DNA of 64,000 bases. It comes from the human T2T-CHM13v2.0 reference genome, Homo sapiens. The translations under genes were made by a program, and so were the position numbers. This document shows positions 34,925 through 63,238 of this stretch, piece after piece. The stretch is taken from assembly GCF_009914755.1 (NCBI RefSeq), contig NC_060934.1. One strand, given 5' to 3'. Every line of letters begins with the position of its first letter. Position 1 is the first letter of the stretch. The notes under the pieces were generated by a model. That model searched no databases, was not told the origin of the DNA, and saw nothing but the letters and a program-made list of their open reading frames with translations.

Positions 34925-36120
34925 ATTTTTTCAACTTTTTTTTATAGATTAAAGGGTAAAAATACAGATTTGTTACATGGGTAAATTGTGTAACACTGAG
35001 TCTCGGGGTCCCAACTATTTCATCACCCTGGCAGTAAGCATAGTACCCAACAGATGGTTCTCCAACCCACATCCCTTCTCTCCCTCCCCTATATAGTGAT
35101 CCTCAGTGTCTATTGTTCCCATCTTTAGGTTCATGTGTATTCAATGTTTACTTCCCATTTATAAGTGAGAACATGTGGTATTTGGTTTTCTGTTCTTGTA
35201 TTAGATTGCTTAGGATAATGGCCTCCTGCTTCATCTATAGTGCTGCAAAAGACATGATTTTTGTTCTTTTTTATGGCTGCATAGTATTCCATGGTGTATA
35301 TACTAGTCTGTTCTCATGCTGCTAATAAAGACATACCTGAGGCTGGGTAATTCATAAAGGAAAGAGGTTTAATGGACTGTCAATTCCACATGACTGGAAA
35401 GGCCTCACAATAAGTCTCTGATAGCAAGACTTATTTACTATCACAAGAACAGCATGGGAACACCCTGCCCCCATGATTAAATTATGTCCCATTGAGTCCC
35501 TCCCATGACATGTGGGAATTATGGGAGCCAAAGTCCAAGATGAGATTTGAGTGGGGACACAGTCTAAACATATCAGTGTATATTTACCACATTTTCCTTA
35601 TACAGTCTACTGTTGATGGGCACTTAAGTTGATTCCATTTTTTTGCTATTGTGAATAGCACTACAGTGAACATATTGGTGTGTGTGTCTTTTTGATAGAA
35701 TGAATTTTTTTGGGGGGGCATATACTCAATAGTTGGATTGCTGGGTCAACTAAAGTTCTATTTTAATTTCTTTCAGAAATATCCAAACTGCTTTCCACAG
35801 TGACTGAACTAGTTTGCATACCCACCAGCAGTGTAAAAGCATTTTCTTTTGTCTGCAACCTCACCAGCATCTCTTGTTTTTGGACTTTTTAATATTAATA
35901 ATTGCCATTCTGACTGGTGTGAGATGGTACCTCCTTGTGATTTTGATTTGGATTTCTCTGATGATTAGTGATGTTGAACATTTTTTCATATGTTTGTTGG
36001 CTGCTTGTATGTCATCTTTTGAGAAGTGTCTGTTCATGTCCTTTCACCATTTCTAATTTTTTTTTTGTTTTTTGCTTGTTAATTTGTTTTAGTTTTTTAT
36101 AGATTTGGGATATTAGCTGT
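34925..36120 (-). mobile_element. Older L1PA/PB 3' end, interrupted by THE1
   Basis: gatttgttacatgggtaaattg 3' UTR followed by ORF2 C-terminal sequence. Confidence 0.8.
35299..35575 (-). mobile_element. THE1 (MaLR) solo LTR, internally deleted
   Basis: tatactagtctgttctcatgctgctaataaagacatacc...ggggacacagtctaaacatatca; 5-bp TSD gtgta. Confidence 0.9.
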
Positions 36121-36639
36121 TTGAGCCCTTTAAGCTATGTAGAGTACAGGCAATAGTCAATAAAGCTTTAACAAATTTCTAAAACACAGAGAGCAAATGG
36201 AGGAATAATAAATCAGTACAGAGAGGATAAACTTGTAACCAAAAAGTCAGAAGAGGAAAATTTATCAAGGAGAAAAATTAATCAGTGTCCCTTAAGTCCC
36301 CTCAATATTAGTATTTGGAAGTGCCAAGGGTCAAATATGGTAGAGAATGAGGTTGAAAAACGAGGCTCTCTCTGCCTAGGTTTCCTACACAACTCTTTTC
36401 ATCAAGTAACTAATTTTCTCCCACAAGAAAAAGGAGGCTTACTCTCTAGAGAAACTGAGTTTAAGAAGCCCCATACTCAGGGACAAAGGGCAGTGCCAGA
36501 AAAGACATGAGGTGTAGGCTAGAAAGGCAGATTTGGTAAGGGTCCACACCTTCAATTCAGAGACTTAAAGCTCTTTTATTCATCTTGCTTCCTAAAATTC
36601 AGCAGCTAGCGTTATCCTACAGAAAGGGAACTGATCTAG

Positions 36640-36960
36640 AGAAATGACATTTTTCTTTTGCCATCTTAACAGAAAATTATCTTCAATGTCTAACAGAGTG
36701 AATGAAATGAAAACATACTCTGCTAGACACAGGGTCATGGAATTTCAGGACACCAGAATTAAAGGGAAAATCACAAAAACTTTCAGAGCTATACCAGGTC
36801 ATATTGAAAGAATTAGGATTCAGAATTCTCAAGAGGAACTATTAATATTATTTAGCATATTAATAGAAATAGTGTGTTTTCAGACTTGCACATTTGCCAA
36901 AATTTTACCTTCTATTGTCCCTTTCTCAGAAAAATATTGGAGAATGTGCTTAATTCAAAT
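36640..36960 (+). mobile_element. Very old L1ME/HAL1-like ORF1 remnant
   Basis: ARHRVMEFQDTRIKGKITKTFR resembles L1 ORF1 'PRHIIVKF...KEKILKA.R'. Confidence 0.4.
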
Positions 36961-37801
36961 GCCTGAAGCCTAGTTATAGAAAGTCCTGAGCTCCAGCAAT
37001 CAGACCTCACATAGGACAATGAGAGTGTCAGGGAGGCTGCCTTGCACCAGGCCTAGAAAACAACTACTTCAGAATGAACCTGGTGGATAATTCAGAAGTG
37101 AGATGAGACAGCAAGAACAAGAGATGTGACAGATTTTATGAGAGTTTCCAATAACTAAAAAGGAGTTTCAAACATCTGCCTGAACATTTGTAAGTATTTC
37201 TAACTTGGGAAACAGAAAATTACAAATAGAAATAAAGAGATGTGGTTAAGTTTAAGAAAGTGCTAAAAATAAAATATAATCATAGCTGTCTTACCAGAGA
37301 ACCATATTTATGTAGTCAGAATGATATAAGCAATGAATACTGATATCATAAAAATTGTCATCTAAATATATTCTGGAAAAAGCAGTGTGGAAAAATTAGT
37401 GTGTCTATCTGAGGGTGTGTTCAAATATGAGGTGAACATGGAGATTAAAATTTTCATCTCATAATAAAAAATTATTAAATATAATCTACAAAAAGATAAG
37501 TAAGAAATAGAAACAAGGTCTTTATTTAGAAACGTGAATGTATTTTCAGAAGAAGCTGCTAGAATGTTCAAAATGGTAGATTTGGAAAGTGTGAGAATGA
37601 AGAGAATACCATTGCAAATTGCAGACTCTCACACACACAAGCACAGCTGCACAAATACACAGTTATATATATGCGTAAATCTGTTAGCATAACTTAATGT
37701 TTAAACGTGTTATTTTGATGTAAAATTAATTCCTGTTTTTTTCCAAGACAGTAATTTCATGACTAAATTTATGCTTACTTTATGTTTTCAAACATTTCAT
37801 T

Positions 37802-43820
<6,019 letters not shown>

Positions 43821-45328
43821 ACATTTCATTATTTTTATTTATATTACTTATATATACTAACGTATATGTACATACAGATTTATCTTTTTTCCTTTTTTAT
43901 TTTTTATATTTATGGGTACAGAGTAGGTATATATTAATATGTTTGTGGGGTACAGGAGATGTTTTGATACAGGCATGCAATGTGAAATAAGCATGTCATG
44001 GAGAATGGGGTATCTGTGCCCTCAAGCATTTATTGAGTTACAAACAATTCAATTACACTCTTTCAGTTATTTTAAAATATACAATTAAGTTATTATTGAC
44101 CATAGTCACACTGTTGTGCTATCAAATAGTAGGTCTTATTCATCCCTACTTCCCTTCTCACCCCCCACTTCCCTTTCAAGTATCTGGTAGCCATCCTTCT
44201 ACACTTTATGTCCATTAGTTAAATTCTTTTTATTTTAGATCCCACAAATAAGTGAGAACATGCTATGTTTGTTTTTCTGTACCTGGCTTATTTCACTTAA
44301 CATAATGCTCTCCAATTTCATTCATGTTGTTGCAAATGACTGAATCTCATTCTTTTTTTATGGCTGAATAGAACTCCATTGTGTATATGTACTACATTTT
44401 CTTTATACATTTGTCTGTTGATGGATATTTAGGTTGTTTCAAAGTCTTAGCCATTGTAAACAGTGCTGCAACAAACACAAGAGTGCAGATGTCTCTTTGA
44501 TATAGTTATTTCCTTTCTTTTGGGTATATACCCAGTAGTAGGGTTGTTGGTAGTTTTATTTTTAGTTTTTTAAAAAACTTACAATATATATTTTTAGTTT
44601 TTTGAGGAACATTCAAACAGCTCTCCATAGTGGTCATACTAATTTACATTCCCACCAACGTTGTACAAGGGTCCACTTATCTCCACATCCTCACTAGCAT
44701 TTGTTATTGCCTGTCTTTTGGATATAAGCCATTTTAACTGGAGTGAGGTGACATCTCATTGTAGTTTTGATTTACATTTCTCTGATGATCAGTGGTGTTG
44801 ACCACCTTTTTGTATGTCTGTTAACAATTAACATGTCTTCTTTTGAGAAATGTCTATTCAAATCTTTTGCCCACTTGTGGACTTGATTATTAGATTTTTT
44901 TCTATAGAGTTACTTAAGTTCCTTATATATTCTGGTTATTAATCTCTTGTCAGATGAGTAGTTTGCATATATTTTTCTCCATTCTGTAGGTTATCTCTTC
45001 CCTTTGTTGATTGTATCTTTTGCTGTGCAGAAACTTTTTAACTTGATATGATCCCATTTGTCCATGTTTGCTTTGAATGCCTGTGCTTGTGGGGTATTGC
45101 TCAAGAAATTTTTGCCTAGACCAATGTCCTGGAGATGTTTTCTAGTATTTTCCTATAGTATTTTCACAGTTTGAGGTCTCATACTTAAGTTTTTAATCCA
45201 TTTTGAGTTGATTTTTGTATGTGGCAAGATATATGAGTCCAGATTCATCCCTCTGTGTAGGATATTAAATTTTCCCAGCACAATCTATTGATGAGATGGT
45301 CTTTCCCCCAGTGTACGTTCTTGGTACC

Positions 45329-45682
45329 TGTGTTAGTCTGTTCTTATGCTTCTAATAAAGCCATACACAAGACCGGGTAATTTATAAAGGGAAGATGTTT
45401 AATGGACTCACAGTTCCACATGGCTGGGGATGCCTCAAAATCATGGTGGAAGGCAAATGAGGAGAAAAGTCACATCTTACATGGTGGCAGACAGAGATCT
45501 TTGCAGGGGAAGTCCCATTTATAAAGCCATCAGATCTTGTAAGACTTATTCACTACCATGACAACAGTATGGGGGAAACCACCCCATGTTTCAATTATCC
45601 CCACATGGCCTTGTACTTGGGGTGTGGGGATTATTACAATTCAAGATGAGATTTGGGGTGGGGACACAGCCAAACCATGTCA
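45329..45682 (-). mobile_element. THE1 (THE1B-like) solo LTR
   Basis: tgtgttagtctgttctt...gggacacagccaaaccatgtca; TSD gtacc/gcacc. Confidence 0.9.
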
Positions 45683-46587
45683 GCACCTTTGTCAAGAATG
45701 AGTTCACTCTAGGTGTGTGAAATTGTTTCTGGATTCACTATTCTGTTCCATTGGTCTATGTGTCTGTTTTTATGTCAGTACCATGCTGTTTTTGTTAGTA
45801 TAGCTGTGTAGTATAATTTTAAGTGAGATAATGTGATTCCTCCAGTTTTGTTTTTTTTGCTTATGATAGTTTTGACTATTCTGGGTCTTTTGTGGGTCCA
45901 TGTCAATTTTAAAGATTTTTTTTCTATTTCTGTGAAGAATGTCATTTGTAATTTGATGGGGATTTTATTGAATCTGTGGATTGTTTTGATAGTATGGACA
46001 TTTTAATAATATTGATTTTTCCAATCCATGAACATGAAATATTTTTCCATTTGTTGTGATCTCTTAAAACTCTTTCCTCAGTGCTTTATAGTTTTCATTA
46101 CAGAGATCTTTCAGTTCTTTGGTTAAATTAATTCCTAGGTATTTTATTTTATATATGGCTATTTTAAATGGGATTACATTTTAAATTTCTTTTTCTCATT
46201 GTTCACTGTTGGCATATATCAACACTACTGATTTTTATGTTGAGTTTGTATCCTTCAACTTTACAGAATTTGTTCATCAGTTCTAATAATTATCTTGTGG
46301 AATCTTTAGGTTTTTCCTAGTATAAGGTTATATCATCTGCACACAAGGATATTTTGACTTATTCCTTTCTAATGTGGATAGCCTTTATATCTTTCTCTTG
46401 CCTGATTGCTCTTGCTAGGTCATCTAGTAGTATGAAGAATAACAATGGCAATAGTGGACATCCTTGTCATGTTCATGATCTTACAGAAAATGCTTTCAGT
46501 TTTCCCCACTCAGTATGGTACTAGTAGTAGGTCTGTCATATAGCTTTTTTTATGTTGAGGTATGTTCCTTCTATCTCAAGTGTTTTT

Positions 46588-46820
46588 TTTTCTTTTTTTT
46601 TATTATACTTTAAGATTTAGGGTACATGTGCACATTGTGCAGGTTAGTTACATATGTATACATGTGCCATGCTGGTGCGCTGCACCCAAATGTCCAACGA
46701 TGATAGACTGGATTAAGAAAATGTGGCACATATACACCATGGAATACTATGCAGCCATAAAAAATGATGAGTTCATGTCCTTTGTAGGAACATGGATGAA
46801 ATTGGAAATCATCATTCTCA
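46588..46820 (-). mobile_element. Short 5'-inverted L1PA2/3 insertion
   Basis: TSD tctcaagtgttttt (46574-46587 / 46816-46829); minus-strand 3' tip joined to plus-strand ORF2 ([12 protein letters not shown]...). Confidence 0.9.
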
Positions 46821-47684
46821 AGTGTTTTTAATGAATTTTTATCATGAAGGGATGTTGAATTTTATCAAATACTTTTTCAGCATCAACTGAAATGATCATA
46901 TGGTTTTTATCCTTCATTCTGTTGATATGATGTATCACACTGCTTGATTTCCACATGTTGAACCATCCTTGCATCCCAGAGGTAAATCCCACTTGGTCAT
47001 TGTGAATGATCTGTCTATTGTATTGTTGAATGTGGTTTCCTAGTATTTTGTTGAGGATTGTTGCATCAGTATTCATCAGGTGTATTGGCCTGTAGTTTTC
47101 TTTTTTTGATGTGTCTTAGTCTGATTTTGGTATCAGGGTAATACTGGCTTCATAGAATGAGTTTGGAAGTATTCTCTTCTCCTTTATTTTTTGGAATAGT
47201 TTGAGTAGGGTTGGTATTAGTTCTTTGTTAAATGTTTGGTAAAATTCAGCAGTGAAGCCATCAAGTCTTGGGGTTTTCCTTATTGGGATAATTTTTATTA
47301 CAGGTTTGATCTTGGTACTGGTCATTGCATGTTCAGGTTTTGGATTTCTTCCTGGTTCAATCTCAATAGGTCATATATGTCTAAGGATTTGTCCATTTCT
47401 TCTAGATTTTCCAATTTATTGGCATATAGTTGCTCATAGTAACCACTAATTATTCTTTGAATTTCTGCAGTATCAGTTGTATTGCTTCCTTTTTTATTTT
47501 TGTTTTTATTTATTTGAAACTTCTTTTTTTTCTTAGTCTGGCTAAAAACTTGTCAATTTTGTTTAATTTCTCAAAGAAACAACTTTTTGTTGCATTGACA
47601 TTTTGTTTTGTTTTCTTCATTTAAATTTCATTTATTTCTGCTCTGATCTTTATTATTTCTTTTGTTCTACTAATTTTGGTTTTC

Positions 47685-54671
<6,987 letters not shown>

Positions 54672-55974
54672 TTTGGTTTTCATTTGCTCTTGCTTATCTA
54701 ATTCTTTAGGATTCATCATTAGATTGTTTATTTGAAAATTTTCTCCATTTTTGATGTAAGCTCTTAGAGCTATAAACTTTCCTCTTAGTACTGGTTTTGC
54801 AGTAGCCCCTAGGTTTTGGTATGTTATGTTTCCATTATCATTTGTTTCAAGAAATTTCTGAATTTCCTTTTTAATCTCTTCATGGACCCACTGGCCATTC
54901 ATGAGCATATTGTTTAATTTCCATTTACTTGTGTAGTTTCCAAAATTCCTTGTGTTATTGATGGCTAGTTTTATTACTTGGTGGTCAGAGAAGATGCTTG
55001 ATATTATTTCAGTTTCTTTGAGTGTTTTAAGACTTGTTCTGTGACCTAATATCTGGTCAATTCTTGATAACAATCCATGTGCTGTGGAAAAGAATGTGTA
55101 TCTGTAGCAGTTGGATGAAATATTCTGCAAATATCTATTAGACCCATTTGGTCTATAGTGCAGATGAAGTTCAATATCTCCTTGTTGATTTTCTATCTGG
55201 ATGACCTGTCCAATGCTGAAGTGGGTTGTTGAAGTCTCCAGCTATTATTGTATTGGGGCCTATCTCTCTCTAGTTCTAATTATGTTTCTTTTACATATCT
55301 GGGTGCTCCATTTTTGGTTGCATATATACTTAAAATTGTTCCATCCTCTTGCCAAGCTGACTGCTTTATCATCAATTGTCATATTCTTTGTCTCTTCTTA
55401 CAGTTTTCGTCTTGAAATCTATTTTGTCTGCTTTAAATATAATAACTCTTCCTCTTTTTTTTATTTCCTTTGGAATGTACTGTCTCATTCCATTCCTTTA
55501 CTTTCAGTCTATGTGTGTTTTTTTAAGTGAAGTTTTTTTTTTTTTTTTTTTAGGCAACAGATTAATAGGTCTTGTTTCTTCATCTAGTCAGTTTGTCTTT
55601 TGATTGGAAATTTTAGTCCATTTACATTCAGTGTTATTATTAAGTAAGGACTTACTTCTGCCTTTTTGTTATTTGTTTACTGGTTGTTTTGTGGGCTTCT
55701 CTTCCTTCTTTCATTTCTTCCTGCCTTCCTTTATTGATAATAATTTTCTCTGCATATATGTGTACAGATTTTTCTTAATGCCTAGCTTAAGGCACAGTTA
55801 CACATTTGTGCATCTGTAGCAGTCCTCTCTTTAAGTTACACATACTTCCAGCACTATAATTTAAATTTATTATGATGTTTGGATACCTTCATCATGATTC
55901 ATGTACCCCTGAATTGCTAGAACAAATGTTCCATTTCTCTCCTTTTCCATCAGTTCTTACTTGTGTCTTGTCAG

Positions 55975-56162
55975 CTAAAGTCCAGGAAGAGATTGAACGT
56001 GTCGTTGGCAGAAACCGGAGCCCCTGCATGCAGGACAGGGGCCACATGCCCTACACAGATGCTGTGGTGCACGAGGTCCAGAGATACATCGACCTCATCC
56101 CCACCAGCCTGCCCCATGCAGTGACCTGTGACGTTAAATTCAGAAACTACCTCATTCCCAAG
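55975..56162 (+). CDS. CYP2C19: CYP2C19 exon 7 (188 nt, K-helix ExxR)
   Basis: tcag|CTAAAG...CCCAAG|gtaagt. Translates [63 protein letters not shown]; phase 1 matches the end of exon 6. Confidence 0.97.
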
Positions 56163-56369
56163 GTAAGTTTGTTTCTCCTACACTGCAACTCCATGTTCTT
56201 TTATTCCTCAAATTCACAGTATGATTCTTACCCTCTACCATCACTGGGTGAGAGAAGTGCATTACTCCTATGTATGGCAGTTTAATTGGACTTTCTGTTG
56301 ATTCCAGTTTGGGACTATAAAGATTTGTAACAGGTCTTAGTGTCTCACAGTGTGTGTTTTTCAGATTTA

Positions 56370-57290
56370 TTCTTTCTTCAAGATTGTTCTGGCTACTCTT
56401 AAGTGGTTATATTTCCAGACAAATTTTGAAGGTGTTAATTTTTCAATTTCCCAAAACATTGGGCTAGAATTTCTGTCAGGGTGACATTAAATTTATAGGT
56501 CAGTTTGGAAAGAACTGACATCTTGACACCTTGAGTCTTTCTGTTTGTGAATATAATTATGCTTCCAATTTATTTGCACTTTCTTTATTTTCCCAGGAAT
56601 GTTGTGATTTTGTTGTCATGGCTTGCAAGTCTTTGGTTTTTCCTAGATAATTAATATTTTTGTTGTTGTTATAAACTTACAAAATGCCTTTTGATTTCTT
56701 TGTACTTGGTATGTTGAAACATAATTAGTTTTTATCATTCTGATGACCTTAATCTATCAACTTTGCTAAATTTACTAATCACTATTCATAATTTATCTCT
56801 AGATTCATTGGAATTTCTGTGAACAGTACACTGTATCTGTGTTAATATTGTTTTATTTCTTACTTTCCAATTCTTGTGGGCTTAATTTCTCTTTATTGCA
56901 TTCATTATTGCATTGGCTAGAATTTCTAGGAGAGTGTTGAATAGAATTGCTGATAGTGGGCATCCTTGTTTCTCATTTCTAATCTGCAGGAAGCAGTGGA
57001 AGTTTTACATTTCAATATTGAAAATGATGCTAGAAGTAGATTTTGGTAGAAATTCTTTATCAGATTAGGGAAGTTTGCCCTCACATATATATAGAAATAA
57101 ATATAAATAGAAATAAGTATGCACATAGAGATGAATTTATATTCTTCATATTGTTTAGGGCTTCTGTGTTTACATTCACAAGGATTTAGTTTGTAATTTT
57201 CTTTCTCAGAATTTTCAAGATTTTTGATATCAAGATTAGGCCAGCCTTATAAAACTAAGTGAGAAATGTTTCCTAATGTGAGTCTGTTTT
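56370..57290 (-). mobile_element. Old L1M ORF2 fragments
   Basis: agtgttgaatagaattgctgatagtgggcatccttgt resembles the ORF2 QGCPLS region. Confidence 0.6.
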
Positions 57291-58309
57291 TACTGCCTCC
57301 CCGTCTCCACTTTTCTTCTTGTGATCACTTAGTTGTATCTTTGAAATGCCTAATAACTTTTGGTTAAATACCAGATGTTATGTGTAAGAAAGTGCAGAAT
57401 TTCAGAGGATGTTTATATTCTTCAAAGAAAGATTCATTCCTCTCCCATCGGCAGTCATAATGACATAACACATGTTGTCATGATTCAGAATTGTACATAA
57501 TGTGAACCCAGTCGAAAATTGACTGTCAGTGTTAGCTTAGCTCTCTGAGGTTCTCCTACCTCTGGAATCTTGAGACCAATTTTTGTCTTGGCAAGCTTTA
57601 CAATTGCCTTCTATCACATGGTTTCTGTATTCATCCAGACACTCTAGTTGCCATCTCAAACCTGCTCTTTTCCAATTTAAACCAAGACATATTATTAGTA
57701 AAATTAAAAATAATATAACCTAAAGTTATATTTTCAAGGGGAAAAATCAATGAGATTGGTAAGGTTGAAATTACTAATGTCACTTTTTGAAGAAGACAGA
57801 ATTGTTAATTTACCAAGAGATTATGGGGCTTACCCTGAGGTCACTGATTTAGTACAAGAGTTAAGACTTCAATGCACTCTGTTTTCACAAACACAGGAGA
57901 TAACCAGGAGAAGGCTTTCGCTTCTCAAAATTAGGGTCTGAGGGTAATAGTAATGAAACTTATTTCTTCTCCTATAACTAATTAATGAGAAATATACTGA
58001 AGAATCAGGATGAGTCGCCAGTCTCCCAATCCACTGCATCAGCTTTGGTGACCTGTTGAAGGGGAATGCTGCATCTGATGAGCTTCTTCATTCACCCACC
58101 TGCAGGGCAGCTCATGCTATGCCTGGTGTCTTTTGAGCCCTGAGAACCCAGAGCGCAAGGAAATCACCCACTGAATCCCTTCTTCATGGAACAGCCTATA
58201 GAAAAGTGCAGCACTGCGTGGCCAATTCTACCCTCTTTACAAATCAGGCAAATGTGTTCTTCTGCTACAGGCTGGATCCACTTATCTAGGTGGAGATAAT
58301 AGTCTGAGA

Positions 58310-58607
58310 GAGGAGTTGGCAAACTGTTCCTGTAATGGGCCAGATAGTAAATATTTTAGACTTTTTAGGCCATGATGTTTCTGTTGCAATCCTTGACATC
58401 TGCTATTGTAGCATGAAAGCAGTCATAGACAATGTACAAATGAATATCTTCCAATTTTTATAGAAACAAATGTAAATTTCCCATAAATTTTTGTTTCAAA
58501 AATATTATTTATTTGCATTTGTTCAATGTAAATACTTTTAGCTCACATACTATACAAAAACAGGTGGCAGGATGGACTTGTGCAGAGAGTATTGTTTATT
58601 GATGCCC
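58310..58607. mobile_element. MER58-like hAT-Charlie MITE
   Basis: ggagttggcaaact...gggccagatagtaaatattttagactt ... aaacaggtggcagg. Confidence 0.7.
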
Positions 58608-59812
58608 AATATAAGACTTTCCTGTCCAGTAGAATTTTCTGCAAAGATGCTCGATTGATTTGTGTCCTATTTAAAGAATATTTGTCAGCACAAGATTCCA
58701 AAGACTGAGTTTTAACTTTCCCATAATTTTTTTGTTTTAGCTCTTATATTTACATCAATGACATGTTTCAAATTAATTTTTATTTGTAGTATGGAGTAAT
58801 AATGGTCGTGCTTCAATGTCTATAAATTTCTATTTATTCAAGTAACATTTGTTGAAATAAATCTGCTTTGGTATCTTAAAAACATTTTAATATAGTACTT
58901 ATTTATAAATATTCAAGGGAATATTTTTTAAAACAAAATTGTAGACTATTTATATGAAAACTTAGTGGGTAGAATTTTTCATCACCTTTGTATTATAAAA
59001 TTTTTAAGAATAAATAACATTACACACATATATCTATATGTACATATGGCAGTGTGTATATATATCTACTTTGATATCTGTCTATCCATCTATCTAGACC
59101 TCAATACTGCAGTATATGTAGCCCAATAACAATGGTTTTCTCCTATATAATAATAATAGCATTCATAGTATGGAGTTATTGATACAATAATATTATTTAC
59201 TGTACAGCTTATATTTAAAATTTCCCAATTCTTAAGGAACATTTTAATTACTTTTTTCTTTCAATTCACTCTCCAGTCAAGAAACAGGCACATAATTCGG
59301 GTATGTTGTCATTTTTATCTCCTGTAATCAAGAACAGTTCATTTCCTCTGTTTCCTTTCAGTATGTTGATCTCTGTGAAGAGTTGAGGCCTTTAGTCATT
59401 TAAATTTTCTTCGGGCTTGTTTTGTATAATTGTTTTCTAGATATTATATTCCAGTTATGACTTTGGCAAGAAAACTACATAGTACTTTGACTATTCCACT
59501 GAATCACAGTGGTGAGGCAGAGGCACATAATGTTACATATGCTATTACTGGTTATGCTAAGATCCTGACCTAATAAGTTGGAATCTGCCAGATCTCTCCA
59601 TTGAAGGAGTTCTGCTTTTATGTGTAAATGATGAAAATCTATGGCATGACACTTTAAGACAGAACACCCTGTTTCCAAAGTCACACATCCAATAGTTTTA
59701 TCTTTCATTGATGATCCTTGCCTGGCCTGATGATCTTGACCTGAATGGTTACAAAAGATGATTTTTTTCTAATTTCATTATTCCTTCTGTATTTTTTAAA
59801 CTATTAGAATCT

Positions 59813-59968
59813 ATTTATTTATTTATTTATTTTATTATTTTTATACTTTAAGTTTTAGGGTACATGTGCACAATGTGCAGGTTAGTTACATATGTATACA
59901 TGTGCCATGCTGGTGTGCTGCACCCATTAACTCGTCATTTAGCATTAGGTATATCTCCTAATGCTATC
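59813..59968 (-). mobile_element. Short L1PA3/4 3' tip
   Basis: (TATT)n tail plus ~125 bp of 3' UTR, flanked by ttctgtattttt. Confidence 0.9.
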
Positions 59969-60196
59969 TTTCTGTATTTTTAAGCTATGATTAATCTGTA
60001 ATGAATATCTCTCCCGTATCTTTAAATGATAACAAACAAACTACATGGCAATGACAAACATTCAATAGTTTTATACTTGTGACTATACTTGTTACCATTC
60101 TAGAAGACGTCGTTTGAAGCTCAATCATATGTTTATTCACAAATGCCCTGTGAATAGACACTCTGGCCATTTCCCATGTCAACAGAGACTTCAACT

Positions 60197-62300
<2,104 letters not shown>

Positions 62301-62460
62301 TCATAGTCTACACATAAGATTTGTGAAAACTGAAGTGATGAAATAGAGCAGCAGGAGTGGACAGGCACTAAAGCCCAAGCTTGATGAAAAGGACAGATTC
62401 AGAAGGTTGCACCCAAGTACGCAAGTACTCAGTACTTCAAATGTGGTTGTGGGCATTTTA

Positions 62461-62845
62461 TTTATTTATTTATTTATTTTTTTCATCAGCAGATTTTATT
62501 AAGAAGAAGAAACAGGAAATTCAAAAGCAAGTTCATTTTAAATTAGCTGGTCAGAAGAGTACAAAGAGAAAAAAAAAGAAAAGAATCAAGAAATCCTATA
62601 GGACTTTGGGATTTTTTTTAAATTTTATTATCATTATACTTTAAGTTTTAGGGTACATGTGCACAATGTGCAGGTTTGTTACATATGTATACATGTGCCA
62701 TATTGGTGTGCTGCACCCATTAACTCATCATTTAGCATTAGGTATATCTCCTAATGCTATCCCTCCCCCCTCCCCCCACCCCACAACAGTCCCCGAAGTG
62801 TGATGTTCCCCTTCCTGTGTCCATGTGTTCTCATTGTTCAATTCC
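62461..62845 (-). mobile_element. Short L1PA4-like 3' end with 3' transduction
   Basis: 17-bp TSD tg(g/a)ttgtgggcatttta (62444-62460 / 62846-62862); two A tails. Confidence 0.9.
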
Positions 62846-63055
62846 TGATTGTGGGCATTTTAGCAAGATTATTGTCACTGGCCTTAAGCTCATGCCTCTT
62901 ATTACTTCGTCTATCTGTCTGGAAATGGTACTGCTCTTCTTTGGAATGGCGTTTCATCATCTGTACATCAAAAGATTTAACTGCATGATTACCACTGTTT
63001 CTTAAACCTTCGTGACTTCTTTACAGCTCAGTTCACCTATGTCTCTTGTTTCTAG

Positions 63056-63238
<183 letters not shown>

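Noticed and set aside
55872-56285. 137-aa ORF as a standalone gene
   Set aside because: It is exon 7 read through into flanking intron; canonical splice sites bound the P450 part.
63020-63055. Upstream AGs before exon 8
   Set aside because: Their use adds 29 nt (frameshift) or 24 nt ending in TAG, so no productive isoform.
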